Shown piece by piece: positions 25,501 to 36,510 of a stretch of 64,000 nt of DNA. The stretch comes from Moniliella sp. 'wahieum'. Taxonomy: Eukaryota. A model generated the notes under the pieces. It did not search any database, was not told the origin of the DNA, and was given only the letters and a program-made list of their open reading frames with translations. Position numbers and translations under genes: made by a program. The stretch lies in assembly GCA_003971905.1 (NCBI GenBank), contig RSEE01000065.1, positions 124,001 to 188,000 on the forward strand, given 5' to 3'. Position 1 is the stretch's first letter, and the number at the start of each line of letters is the position of its first letter.

Positions 25501-28500
25501 TGGGAGAAAAGGCAATAATAATACCCCCGCGTCACTCCCAGTCTCTGGGCTCTAACAAAGACGAGGGAGACCATAGGAGAGACCAGAGTCGAGATTAAAT
25601 CGTTCATGGCGAAACAAGAGCAAAAGACATGAGGAAAAGCGGAACAAGAAACAGGGAAAGAGCGAGAGCGAGAAGCGAAAAAATTGGAAATGGGACCGAG
25701 ATCAGCCAAAGTATGACAACCCCCGCTGCGAGGGCGCAAACAGAGGGGGAACGCGGCCGCACCCCAGAATGAGACTCTTCGATGATGAGATTTTCCTCGG
25801 ATGCCCAAACAATTTACTGGCAACATCCGTGGCAGCCTACTAATAGGCTGCCGCTATAGCACCCGGCATGTGCCATCAATAATGACCTCTGGGGAAAGAA
25901 TGACACATTCTTAGTCGTCTCTGGCTCTTGGCGTTCTTGGCGCATTGCTCTTACTGATGCATGATGCAGCTGATGAAACAGTAGATGCGGCGCCCCCACC
26001 TGATGTTCCACCAGGCATTTTTGCTGTCTCCTCGTGTACCACCTTTTTCGGTACACATTTAGCCTCGTTGGTACCTGAGTCCCTCAGAGTGTGATTCACG
26101 TCCATCCCCGATCCTCCGAACATTCCCGCTCCCATGATCGACATGATCGGCAGTATGCCTGTGGCCTTCCTTCCTCCTTCCGCGTCTTTTTCCCTCTCTT
26201 AATTCCTCCTCGGTGGGATCTGAGAACATGAGTGTCCGGGATGTGCGCACATATATCGGCTCCCGCACAGTTGCGTGCAGCGCTCCAGCCTTGGATGGAC
26301 GCGGGAACGTACAAACCATGATGTACTGAAGCGGTAACACCAGATCACACTCTTGCGCTAGGTGCTGTGTGCGAGAGAGGAACGGCCCAGGGACGGATGA
26401 TGTAGAGACCGATCGGGACCTGATTGCTGTCGGTGAGCTCAAGGCACCTGGCTGTCGGCAAGGAGTAAAGTCAAGTGTAGTTGGTCGCAGTTTGCTGTGC
26501 TCAGGCACATGCGGCCATATGCCTCTTCGTTGATGTTCTTGCGCTGTTCTTGACTCATCTCCGGGATCTTCATTTGGCGCTGTGGCGCTGCATGCAGTAA
26601 ACGTCACCAGAAGAAAGGGTTTGTTGGGAATCTCGAGAGGCCTCTGTGGCCTTTTTGGCGTGAGTCGGTGCCGAAACCTGGACCCACCATTAGTTGATCG
26701 TTATTTGAGGCGACCAATCACATATCTGCATTCAACATGACATCAGAAATGTCATTTATCAATCTTCATCTTCACCACCAACCCAAATATAGTAGCAGTG
26801 AGAGGTTATGTGCACACTGAAGGCATTGACACTAATAACACAGGCCACTTGTCCTGAAATACTCTTACGCGGGAGCTTTCATGGCGTCCCTCTCGTTCCC
26901 CAGAAGTATTCCGCCATGCATGTATCATCTTTCGTCGATTGCGACGGACTCTTATTGGAAGCCGAGTCCCTTTGGGTGGGCGCTAAAGGTATCTATATAT
27001 CTTCCGAGACGAACCGGATACGATCTCTTCGTTTCTCCACCGACTCCATCTAGTACACCCTCATTCCTCCTGCACCGAGCCCCCAACAATGTCACCGCCC
27101 AATACCATCATGTCGCGTGATACTGTTGATGATTCAGCCCTGATGTAACCCCCACGCCAACTGTGGTATTTGGCGTTAATCCTCCAGCTTCCAGCACTCT
27201 CATTCTACCACTCCTTACCCATTTTGAACGCCTCTGAGGTAGGGATGTCACTCTCGAACTGCCCTCATGGCTTTGTACTCCAAGTCATCCGTCCCGAGTC
27301 ATTGCTCCGCCCCAAATTGCGATTGGCCACTACTTGATCTAGACTCGTCTTCGCCCCTTCTCGTTTTCCTTTACCTCATTGTCGTCCATATTTTCCTCGT
27401 CCAGGCGCGTGGGGATACACATATTCCCTTGTCATTGTCGACCACTTGACTCCTCGCTATTTACCCCGACACTATTCCCCTGTGGTGTCCTAAGGTGAAG
27501 CCACCGTCATAGACTCCACATGCGTAGTTCATATGTGCAATGCAATACTGCACCACCAGCTGCCTGGTCTCTGTTCTTCTATAATACACCGTATGCACCT
27601 CCTGCTCTTCTCTCTGCAGGCGCGGCACCAAACGCATTGAGGCCCAGAGAAGAAATATGAAGAAGAAAATTGCAGGCGAGTTCCCGCTGTTGGGGCACTA
27701 CATGGCCACGCACAACAGAAGTCTTCCTGTTGGCCTCTTCCCCCTCCTTTTCTCTCCCCCTCTTGTCCCCTCCTCTCGTTTCCTGCCTATCGGGGAAAGT
27801 CCGTGAGGAACTGTCATGGGTGTAGCCCAGGACTGTTCCCGCACAAGCCTCCAGCGTCATCGTTCCATCCTCCACCGTTCCATAGTCCGTGTCGATCAAA
27901 AGCAGTAGCACCCTCAACTGTTCCGCCGATCATCGATCATCTGCTTCCTGGGGGACTCGGAACGGCGTCGTGGCTTACTAGCGCTTAGAAGAGGAAACGA
28001 AGAATGCGAGACAGGCACGTGACACAGCAAGTTTGATTCCGCTTCCGTTGCCACCTTTCACTTCGGTGCCAGCCTTGGCTTCGGTCTCCGCTTCGCCGCT
28101 TTCACTTCTCCGCTCCCACACCGTATTGCCGCCGTGGCCTCTGTGGACCGGTAACCGGCAAACGGAAGACAAAACACGCATTGAATATTTTGATCGATTG
28201 ATCGCCGGCAGCTAATTAAGCTCGTAAAAGCCGCTTTTGCATTGACACGGCGGGCTTTATCCTGTGGCTGATATATATGTGAAGCCCCGTGACGCGTGAG
28301 GCCCCTGATGCGTGCTGGTGCAGGCTGGTACTCCTTGACACACCACAGGGAAAAAAGGGGGGAGTCTAGCGCCACCTTGACGCGCGGGCCTGTCAACAAT
28401 TCACACACACATTCGTTTTTTTTTTTTTTTTGTTACCTGAGGCAGCCTCTGCTGACCAGCCTGGCCGTCCTTGGTTTTTGAGGGCCTGCGAGGTCCTGAG

Positions 28501-30875
28501 GAGAGATAACCTGACCGGCTGAGTAGTGACCTAGTGGCCTATCGTGACCGGCCCCAGCGAGCTAGGCGGTGGCTTGCTTCTCATGCTGCTCTCGTTTGTA
28601 ACATGTAAGACAAAGGTGTACGCTGGTGTACGTTGCGGGTACCACATTCCACACATTTCTTCCTGCTATCCTCGCAAGGTCACATCGCCGACGCACACTG
28701 CTACTAAGCTGGATTTCGTGGCTCTCCAGGTGCCCCTGAGCATGGGCATGGAAGATGGATGTGCCCCTGGAAGCTGGATTGTGCCGATGATGCAGGATGC
28801 AGTTGGCAGGGACGAGCGCGGCTGGGCATGTGGTCAGACGTTCTGCGCGTTACGCGTTGACACGTTTAAAATTTAACGTCTGTTCTTACCTGCGCGTAAC
28901 GCGTAACGCGTAACGCTTGTATCGCAGCGGCATTAGCGTGACGCGTGACGTAACCGTGGGCGACGATTGTCAATTTTTGATTCAGTAGTACCTGGCAATT
29001 GGCGACTAGCATCTGAGGCCTAGTGAGTGACGCCATGCAGTGTGACAACATGTGACATGCGCCATTTGACGCGAAGGGTGTTTGTGCTAAGATGGAGATG
29101 CCACATTTATCGCGACGGCAGGCATGTGTTTTGATTTGCCCGAGAAGGCTCTCGGCTGCCGAGGCCGAGAGAGACGCGGAAACTGCTCTGGCCTGTTCGC
29201 TCTCTGTCCTCTGCGTTTTCTCCGTCTCGCAGGTCCCATCGAGAGAGATACGAGAAGGAACTGAGTAACTGACGATTGATGCATTGGTGCGACATGCACA
29301 TACAGGGCATGGGTCCCATGTCACATGTCACAGGTCGCCCTGAGCATGCGAGCGCTACAGAGCCAGGATGCTGGTTTGCCACACTCACTGACGCTTGGGC
29401 CCTCGCCAGGGGGGACACAAGCGGCAGGGGTACAGCTTGTTGCCGGACGCAGCCTGGTTACATGTTACAGCAGCTGCCACGGTGCCGCTCAGCTCATGCA
29501 TGTCATGAGCATCCCGAGGCCTGACATGGACAAAAATGGTCGAAACTGCATGGCAGCAGGTGGCACCAACCCAGCACCAACATACAAACACGCTGGAGCG
29601 CAGGCCCTGGATCATGCATCCGATCTCAGATCTTACATCCGAACAGCATCCAACATCCTGCATCCAGCCACCTTGTTAGCTGCCTGTACAGGCGAGGCCT
29701 GCCATGTGCATCAATCATCTCACGCCAGTCTGTCGATTAGCCCCCCGTAACATGTAACAGGCGCATACGCTCTGGCAGCTGCGTCAGATTTCAAATGGCC
29801 ACAAGAGGCCAGCACCCTGGCGCACCCCCAGCAGCATACGCCGAGTGCGGGGAAGGCACAGCGGCAGTGTCGCCCCAGCTACGCTTGTTCCCGACGCAAC
29901 GCTACCCACGTAATACGCATGCTTGCAGCCAGGCCAGGCACTGGCGCTGGGATGTTTTAGTCAGCCACGCATACAGGCACTCCTGGCGCCCCTTGAAGAG
30001 CTTGAAGCTTGAAGCTTGAACGAAGGGGCTGAGCTCTCGCGCTGACTCGTGGCCCCGCCACCAGCCACCCTGTGCCCCTTCCAGCTTCAAATTTCAACCT
30101 CGGCGTTGGCCGCGTGCCGTCCAGCCTGGACGCTGTGCCTGCTGTACCCGCTTTTACCGCGGAGCGCCCTGCCAGTTGGTGCGTGGACCTCCGCTGTGAC
30201 ATGTGTCGCCTGTGACGAATGACGCATGTGCATGACGTATGATATGTGACATGTGACGCGTGCCGACGGAGCCTCAGCGCCGCGCCTGGCCCCCTGCGGC
30301 GTGCTGCGGTGGCAAGGCATCGCGGCACAGTGCAGGGCGTGTGCTGCCTGTGTGCGCCCCCCGGCCTCGGCACGCCACCCGCATGCTCAGCCGAGGCGCG
30401 AAGGCGCAGCACGCGACACTGCCCCCGTCCCCGCTGCAACCAGCTTCGTCGGGATGCGCAGTAGACGTTACGCGGTGCGCGTTAGTCTTGGACGGCAACA
30501 ATGCACAATGCACGCTGGCGGCGGGCTTAAGCTGCTTGAGGCTAGGCGCTGGGCGCTTAGGCTAAGCGCTAAACGCTGGTACGTACCTGCGAGAGAGCGA
30601 GCGGCGCCGAGCAGCGCAAAGAGAAAAACAGGCCGCTGGCCGCGGCCAGCACGGGGGCAGTGGGCCATTGGTACGGCCCAAAGCACGAGCAGCACCACGG
30701 GGGGAGCGTCCGCACCCGGGGCGGTGCGGCACCAGGGCCGTGTGTCGAAACCCCAGAGTTGAGCACGACGGGACGAGGGGTTTTCATATACCCCCGCGCC
30801 CTTTCTCGCTCCAACGTGCTCACACCCCGCACGCCCTTCTCGCCCGTCCCACCGCTTTCACACCCGCCCCTCGTC

Positions 30876-32609
30876 ATGGACACCCACAGTGACCCTGCCT
30901 TCCCGTCCGGGCCACCCCCTGCCCCCGCCACTGGCTCCGGCGCAACCCCTCGCCGCCACCGCCGACGTCGCAGCAGTGACGGCTTGGCCTCCAGTGGTGC
31001 TGACGCAGCATCCGCCTCGGCAGCAAGTGCGTCGCCTTCGCGCCAGTTTGTATGCAAAGAATGCGGACGCTCTTTTGCCCGTCTGCTCCACCTCCAGCGC
31101 CATGAATACCGCCATGTGGACTACCGTCCCTTCCAGTGCCCCTGCTGCAGCAAGACGTTTAGCCGCCACGACTCGCTCGTGCGCCACGCTCGCCTCCACA
31201 AGGACGATCTTCCGGAGGGCAGCCTAGTTGTCGGCCAGTTGCGCAAGCACAACAAGGGTACGTGTCCCCCCCACCCCACCCCCAGCCCCTGACCCTTTAA
31301 CTCTCCTCCACCTTAACTTGTCTTATTGACCTCATGACCTGGAATACGCAGCTTGCATGTCGTGTACCGAAAATACCAAGTGTGCACGCTGTGCCAAGTT
31401 TGCCCGCCGTACCCCTGGAGCCAAGGCAAGCAAGAAGGCTGCTGCTGGCACTACCGCTACCTCCACAGCTGTTACTGCGTCAACGCCCGACTCGGCCAAT
31501 GAGACCGGCAGCGCTTCCCCCGACGATGGGCCGTACTCGGCTTTTGAACCTGGCTCGGCAGCATCGCTGTGGTGCTTTCCAGGTTCAAGCATTGCGAATC
31601 TCGCTGAAGAGCCTGACCTCTCCCACCAACCCTTGTTCCAGCCTGACAGGGCTTCAAACGGTGTGCAGGACATTCAACTTGGCTCGCCAATGGCGGCCCC
31701 TCTATTTCACTCGTATCCTCGGGCCTCTCCTTCAATCTCTTCACCCACCTCGAGCGGTACCTTTACCTCGAACGGTCAAGCTCCGAAGGAACCACCCTCC
31801 ATCGGATACCATCGACGTCTTCCTTGGGTTCATCCCTGCCTCGAGCATCCTTTTCCTCGTCCGGAACCACTGCGATCGATTCTCTCCCGCTCCTGAGTCC
31901 TTCGTCCCATTCCACCTTCTCGGACGAGGCCCTTCCCTTCCCCCCCAGTCCCGTCAATGTCCCTACCGCTGTTGACCCCCAGCTTCAGATGACGTTGGTG
32001 GGTACCAGACGATGGGATCGATGGCAAGGCGGACTTGGCCAAACCGTACCCCCTCAACGCCGCGGCCGAGTTGACTCCCCCAGACCTGCTCATGCCTTCG
32101 TCCACGAACGACTGGCTTGACCCTGCCATGTTGGCTCCGCAAGATGTCATCGACACGTACGTGCAGATGCAAATGCAGATGGTTACCATTCGCAACTTTA
32201 TGCACCAGAACATGGTTGCCTATCTCTCCCACCTCCTCCCTCCCCAAGCCCTGGCCGTGCCATCGACGCCTCTCCCCCAGCCACCTGCGCCTTCCCACGC
32301 TGGCCTGACCAGTACCGCCCCCTGGGGTTTGCCCCGGGCACTGCAAATGGTCCCGGCTGCGATGCCTCGACACCTGGATTGGTTGGTGCCACCTCCCTGC
32401 CTACGGTACCGAATGGTGTGATGCCGGAACGGTATCCTGCCTCCGGGGATGGTGCTACGTCAACCGATTCCGAGTCCCACAAGCTCACCCACCTCGTCCC
32501 CGGCGTTGCTCCCTTTCCCCACCAAGCTGATCCAGCCACTGGCGCGACGATTGTGCCGACGATGCTGGACCCAAGAGACGTATTCACGTTGGATAGCCTG
32601 GCAAGCTGA
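30876..32609 (+). CDS. Transcription factor B, paralog of A: two C2H2 fingers plus CxxC-x5-CxxC module, long Pro/Ser-rich C-terminus; intron 31258-31351; frameshifts
   Basis: FVCKECGRSFARLLHLQRHEYRHVDYRPFQCPCCSKTFSRHDSLVRHARLH ... NK/ACMSCTENTKCARC; TATA-like TTCATATA near 30783. Confidence 0.9.
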
Positions 32610-33744
32610 CTCGACCAGCTCGGTTGCTCCCAACATGGCTCAGCCAGGAACGTGACGATACCCTCTTCATCTCTCTCTTCTCCTTGCCCTTTTCTCCTTT
32701 CTGAATACCTGCGCCCGCGACCCATTGTCCCCCCCCCCCTGCTCTCCGACATGTTTCTACTACTAGGCTCACTACCCCCAGCTACCATATGTTGACTGTA
32801 CCATCAGAAAAAATCTCTGTTTTGATCTAGGGCTGTTGCATGTTATTGCTTTGGAGAATTGTCTTGGGAATGTGAGGTAAGCCCTGACCTGAGTACTGGG
32901 TACGGATGTTAGTCCTGAGTAACCGGGCCTGGCCAGCCGTGGTCGCAGGCTGGTCACAGCTGTTGTGGATGTGCACTGGGACGGCTGCCTCTGGAATCTA
33001 GAATGGATGGCTGCATGCATGGATTCGAGGGGCATAGTGCATTGGAAGCGGTGGCCAGGTATGTATGTAGCTTGGAGGGGGCTGAAGCTCTGAAGCTCTG
33101 AAGCTTGAAAGGGCGTGTCCTTCTCCACCAACACAGCCCGAGCGCCTGTTGTTTCTCCACCACCCGATCGTTACTCCATAGGCCTTAATCCCGCCACAGC
33201 AACAAGGTAGCGCAGGCTCAGTTATTGGTTACTCAGGACGCTCAGTCCCAGTGCTGAGCGCAGCTGAGCAAGCTGAGCGCCTAGTCGTTAATCGGTTTTG
33301 AGCAATTCTGAATGGAACGTTCAGTTGAATTGAACACACCGTAGTGTTGACGTTGACCCTTCGGCTGGAGTGGCATCATGCATCATGCATCGCAAGTCAT
33401 GCGTCAACTCGCACCTACGTACAGCGCGCCGGAACGGCAAACCGGCCAAGCCAGCCAAGCGCACCTGCCCCCCTATAGCCACCTCCCCTTGAATTGGCCT
33501 GCTTCAAGCTTCAAGCTTCACACACGCCAAGAACATGGGCACCCCGGGCGTCGGTCGCCGGTCGCCAGTCGACAGTCGTCCAGTGGTCAACAGATCAGTA
33601 AAAACTCAGTACAGTGCTTGGTAGCGCTCAGTACCCTTCAGTACGGTCAGACGCCAATATCCAATGCCGAGAGCCACGGAGAACGCCTGTCCTTGGACCC
33701 TAGTCCCTACTAGCAGAGTTCGATTTTCAGTCCTTGTTGGCGTT

Positions 33745-33812
33745 TGAAGCTTGACGCTTGGAGCTTGAAGCTTGAAGCTTGAAGCTTGAGGGCCTGAAGC
33801 TTGAGATCTTCA
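33745..33812. repeat. Degenerate heptamer array (TGAAGCT)n
   Basis: tgaagcttgacgcttggagcttgaagcttgaagcttgaagcttgagggcctgaagcttgagatcttca. Confidence 0.9.
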
Positions 33813-35053
33813 CAAGGGACCGTGGGGCTTACTAGGCGACGCCGCGTCTAGACTCAAGGACGACGCTGACGCGCTACTGCCTGTCGAAACAAATTAAAGG
33901 CATCAATATCCAATCAGTATGCATTACCGCCTTATTACCGTCGCCAACAACCACCTCTTGCCCCTGAGGCCCTGTCAACGTCCAGGCTCGCTTGCCTCGC
34001 CCACAGCCGAATCCAACAGCAGAGAGAAGAACCTCGGGCTCAGGGGGGCGGGGGGCTGCGGTCGTGTGTGGGATCTGGCCTGTCGAGACCTATGAGGGCC
34101 TGAGACCTGATACATCTGAGCTGCCCAATCTCCGAAAGAAGGCCACTGGCGATCTATATATAGCCGACGATATTTGCCATTGCTCTCAGCTTCACATGTC
34201 ACATGTCACAGTGCGCAAGTGTGCGTGGGCACTGGCGCAACGTATCCAGCTGGCAGCGCGACCCCCTCTTGGCCAGACGGCGGGAACCCAGTCCTGCACG
34301 ACGCCCTGAGGCTCAAGCCTGAGGCTATGAGGCACGGAGAGGGGGTCGGAGATGTGATGTTGGGCTGCATGTGGTTGGTCGGCCGGGGCTGTGCAGTGCC
34401 TGGTAGTTTAACGTACGTTTAGTATCGCAGAACGAGCAAGGCCGATCGAATCTTCTTAACGCCACGGACATTCGCCCTCTCCTCGGTTTTAGCACCAAGG
34501 GATGGGATGGTTAGGTTGTAATCAGACTTGTATTATTGTAGAACGGGAAATCATAATATTACAGCAGTGTAGGCCGTTATTAGAGAGCCGGTGTGGTGTA
34601 TGAGGACCCGTCAGGCCAATGATGATGTTCAGCGTTGAAGTTCAACGTCCAACACCGTCGACACTGTCCATTGTTGCATGAGCTACGTCAGCTCACCAGT
34701 ACTAATTCTCAGTGCCCTCCACAGCGCCCTCCTCATAGAGACTCTACAGCCTCATCAACGCTTCCGTCATCGCGTCATCGGCTCTCAGCAACCCGAGCGG
34801 GTTTTGCTGATCCTGCTTGTATAATAGGCATAGTTCTTTCTGCCCGTTGATGCAGCCTGTTGATGCGATCCCATACTGATAAAAAACAAAGAGACGATTC
34901 GGTGAAGCCCCTACTAGATTCAAAACGGCAATAATGCCGTGAGGAGGGAGACACAACAGGGAGCAAAATAGAAACGATCGAGGGTTAGGGATGGAGGAGG
35001 TGATCGAGATTCAATACGCAGTATATTCAGTGCTCCGTTGAGTGGGGGTTTAT

Positions 35054-35090
35054 GTGCCCTTGGGACTTGTTGATGGTCATAGCTAAAAGC
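35054..35090 (-). pseudogene. Tiny relic of a Pif1-type (Helitron-like) helicase motif
   Basis: Minus strand GCT TTT a GCT ATG ACC ATC AAC AAG TCC CAA GGG CAC = AF-AMTINKSQG. Confidence 0.5.
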
Positions 35091-35120
35091 GTGCCCGCAG
35101 TGCCCGTTACTTGTGGGTAC

Positions 35121-36510
35121 TGTTGGCCTAGGGAGCCGGACGGGCAGAAGTGAGGAGAAGGTGATGGATTGGAGCCAGAGTTGGGTCTGGGTACAGAGGC
35201 ATCTATATAGGAGGCTGGACTAGGCACAGGGACAGTGAGTCACACAGGAGAGAGTGCAGGGCACAGGGACAGTGACACGCAGGGACGTCAGCGTGGAAGC
35301 CGATGGAACCGAGGCGAACCTGGTCTACCGACTGGGAGCCAGAGGATCACAGTCAACACCCCCGCTGGCCAGGGAACCCGGAGACATCGGTTGTGGGATG
35401 AGCTCCTGCCAGTGGATGTAGAGAGGGAGGACTTGAGTGGCAACCGGGACGAATGGCCTGGAGTTGTGCATGGCCACACGACTGGCCTACACCCCCGCTG
35501 TCCAGGATGACACCTGAACGAGCCGAGCGCTTGTGGTTGGTGTATTGTGCGACCGCCAGATGCTTGTAGAAGTCTTAGAAGTAAAAGTAGTAGGGGTTGC
35601 GCCCGAAGCGATTTGGTGGGCAAAAGTAAAAGCACCAGTTATATGTAGTGAAAGAAAATTGGAAACTTGGAGTAAATGCGGTCCAAGGTCGTTTGGCATC
35701 AAAATTGGATGCGTTTGGTAGTTGTTTGGTTCCGCATGCCTGGTGCCAGTGGGGTCCATTGGGCATGGGAAATGAACGGGCGCTATGCGTCAACCGTCTT
35801 GATCTGTTTGGGTTCTCTTTGTTGTTGAAAAAGAGGAGTGGAAGAAGTTGGGTGACCACCCCCCCCCATCCTTTCCCCAGGTGCCCCGGATGAATTGGCA
35901 ATCCGGGGCGTGTAGCCGTGGGTGGGCACTTGATGAGCAGCCACCCCCGCTTTCTGCGATTCGCCTGCGCCGTTTTGTCGTTGGAGGAATTTCGTCTCGT
36001 TGACGATACCCGACACGTTTTGTTCCGTCGTGTGTTGTCCCTAAAAATCATTGCCCCATCTGTGGGGGACGAGTGTGCCGATTGTGGCGGTAGTATGCCG
36101 ATTGTGGCGGTAGTATGCCGATTGTGGCGGTAAGGTGCCGATTGTGGCGGTGGTGTTGTTGGGCGGGAGGACGGGTGTCTTGTGGGCTTGGCGGCTTAGC
36201 TTGGGCTTGTAGGCTTGGGGGTGGGCTTGCTTGAAGAGCGCTCCCCTTCCGGGGGATCAGATTGTAGCTCTGTTGGCCTAGGGAGCCGGACGGGCAGAAG
36301 GATGAGGAGAAGGTGATGGATTGGAGCCAGAGTTGGGTCTGGGTACAGAGGCATCTATATAGGAGGCTGGACTAGGCACAGGGACAGTGAGTCACACAGG
36401 AGAGAGTGCAGGGCACAGGGACAGTGACACGCAGGGACGTCAGCGTGGAAGCCGATGGAACCGAGGCGAACCTGGTCTACCGACTGGGAGCCAGAGGATC
36501 ACAGTCAACA
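35121..36510 (-). mobile_element. Non-autonomous LTR retroelement (TRIM-like), 1390 bp
   Basis: Direct repeats 35121-35358 (238 bp) and 36271-36510 (240 bp), TGTTG...CAACA ends, differing by a 2-nt indel as far as I can read; minus-strand PPT-like CAGCGGGGG abutting the left LTR; no gag/pol motifs recognised in the 912 bp interior. Confidence 0.9.
36076..36151. repeat. 20-bp tandem repeat (TGCCGATTGTGGCGGTAGTA)x~4 inside the LTR element
   Basis: Read directly. Confidence 0.95.

Noticed and set aside
20659..32609. Mating-type locus (divergent bE/bW-like pair, pheromone genes)
   Set aside because: No homeodomain, no STE3-like receptor, and no convincing short CaaX-terminated ORF seen
36076..36151. 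CRISPR-like array
   Set aside because: Contiguous repeats with no unique spacers, eukaryotic context, no cas genes
36258..36272. tRNA gene
   Set aside because: Only an anticodon-arm-like hairpin; no D arm, T arm (GTTCGA) or acceptor stem
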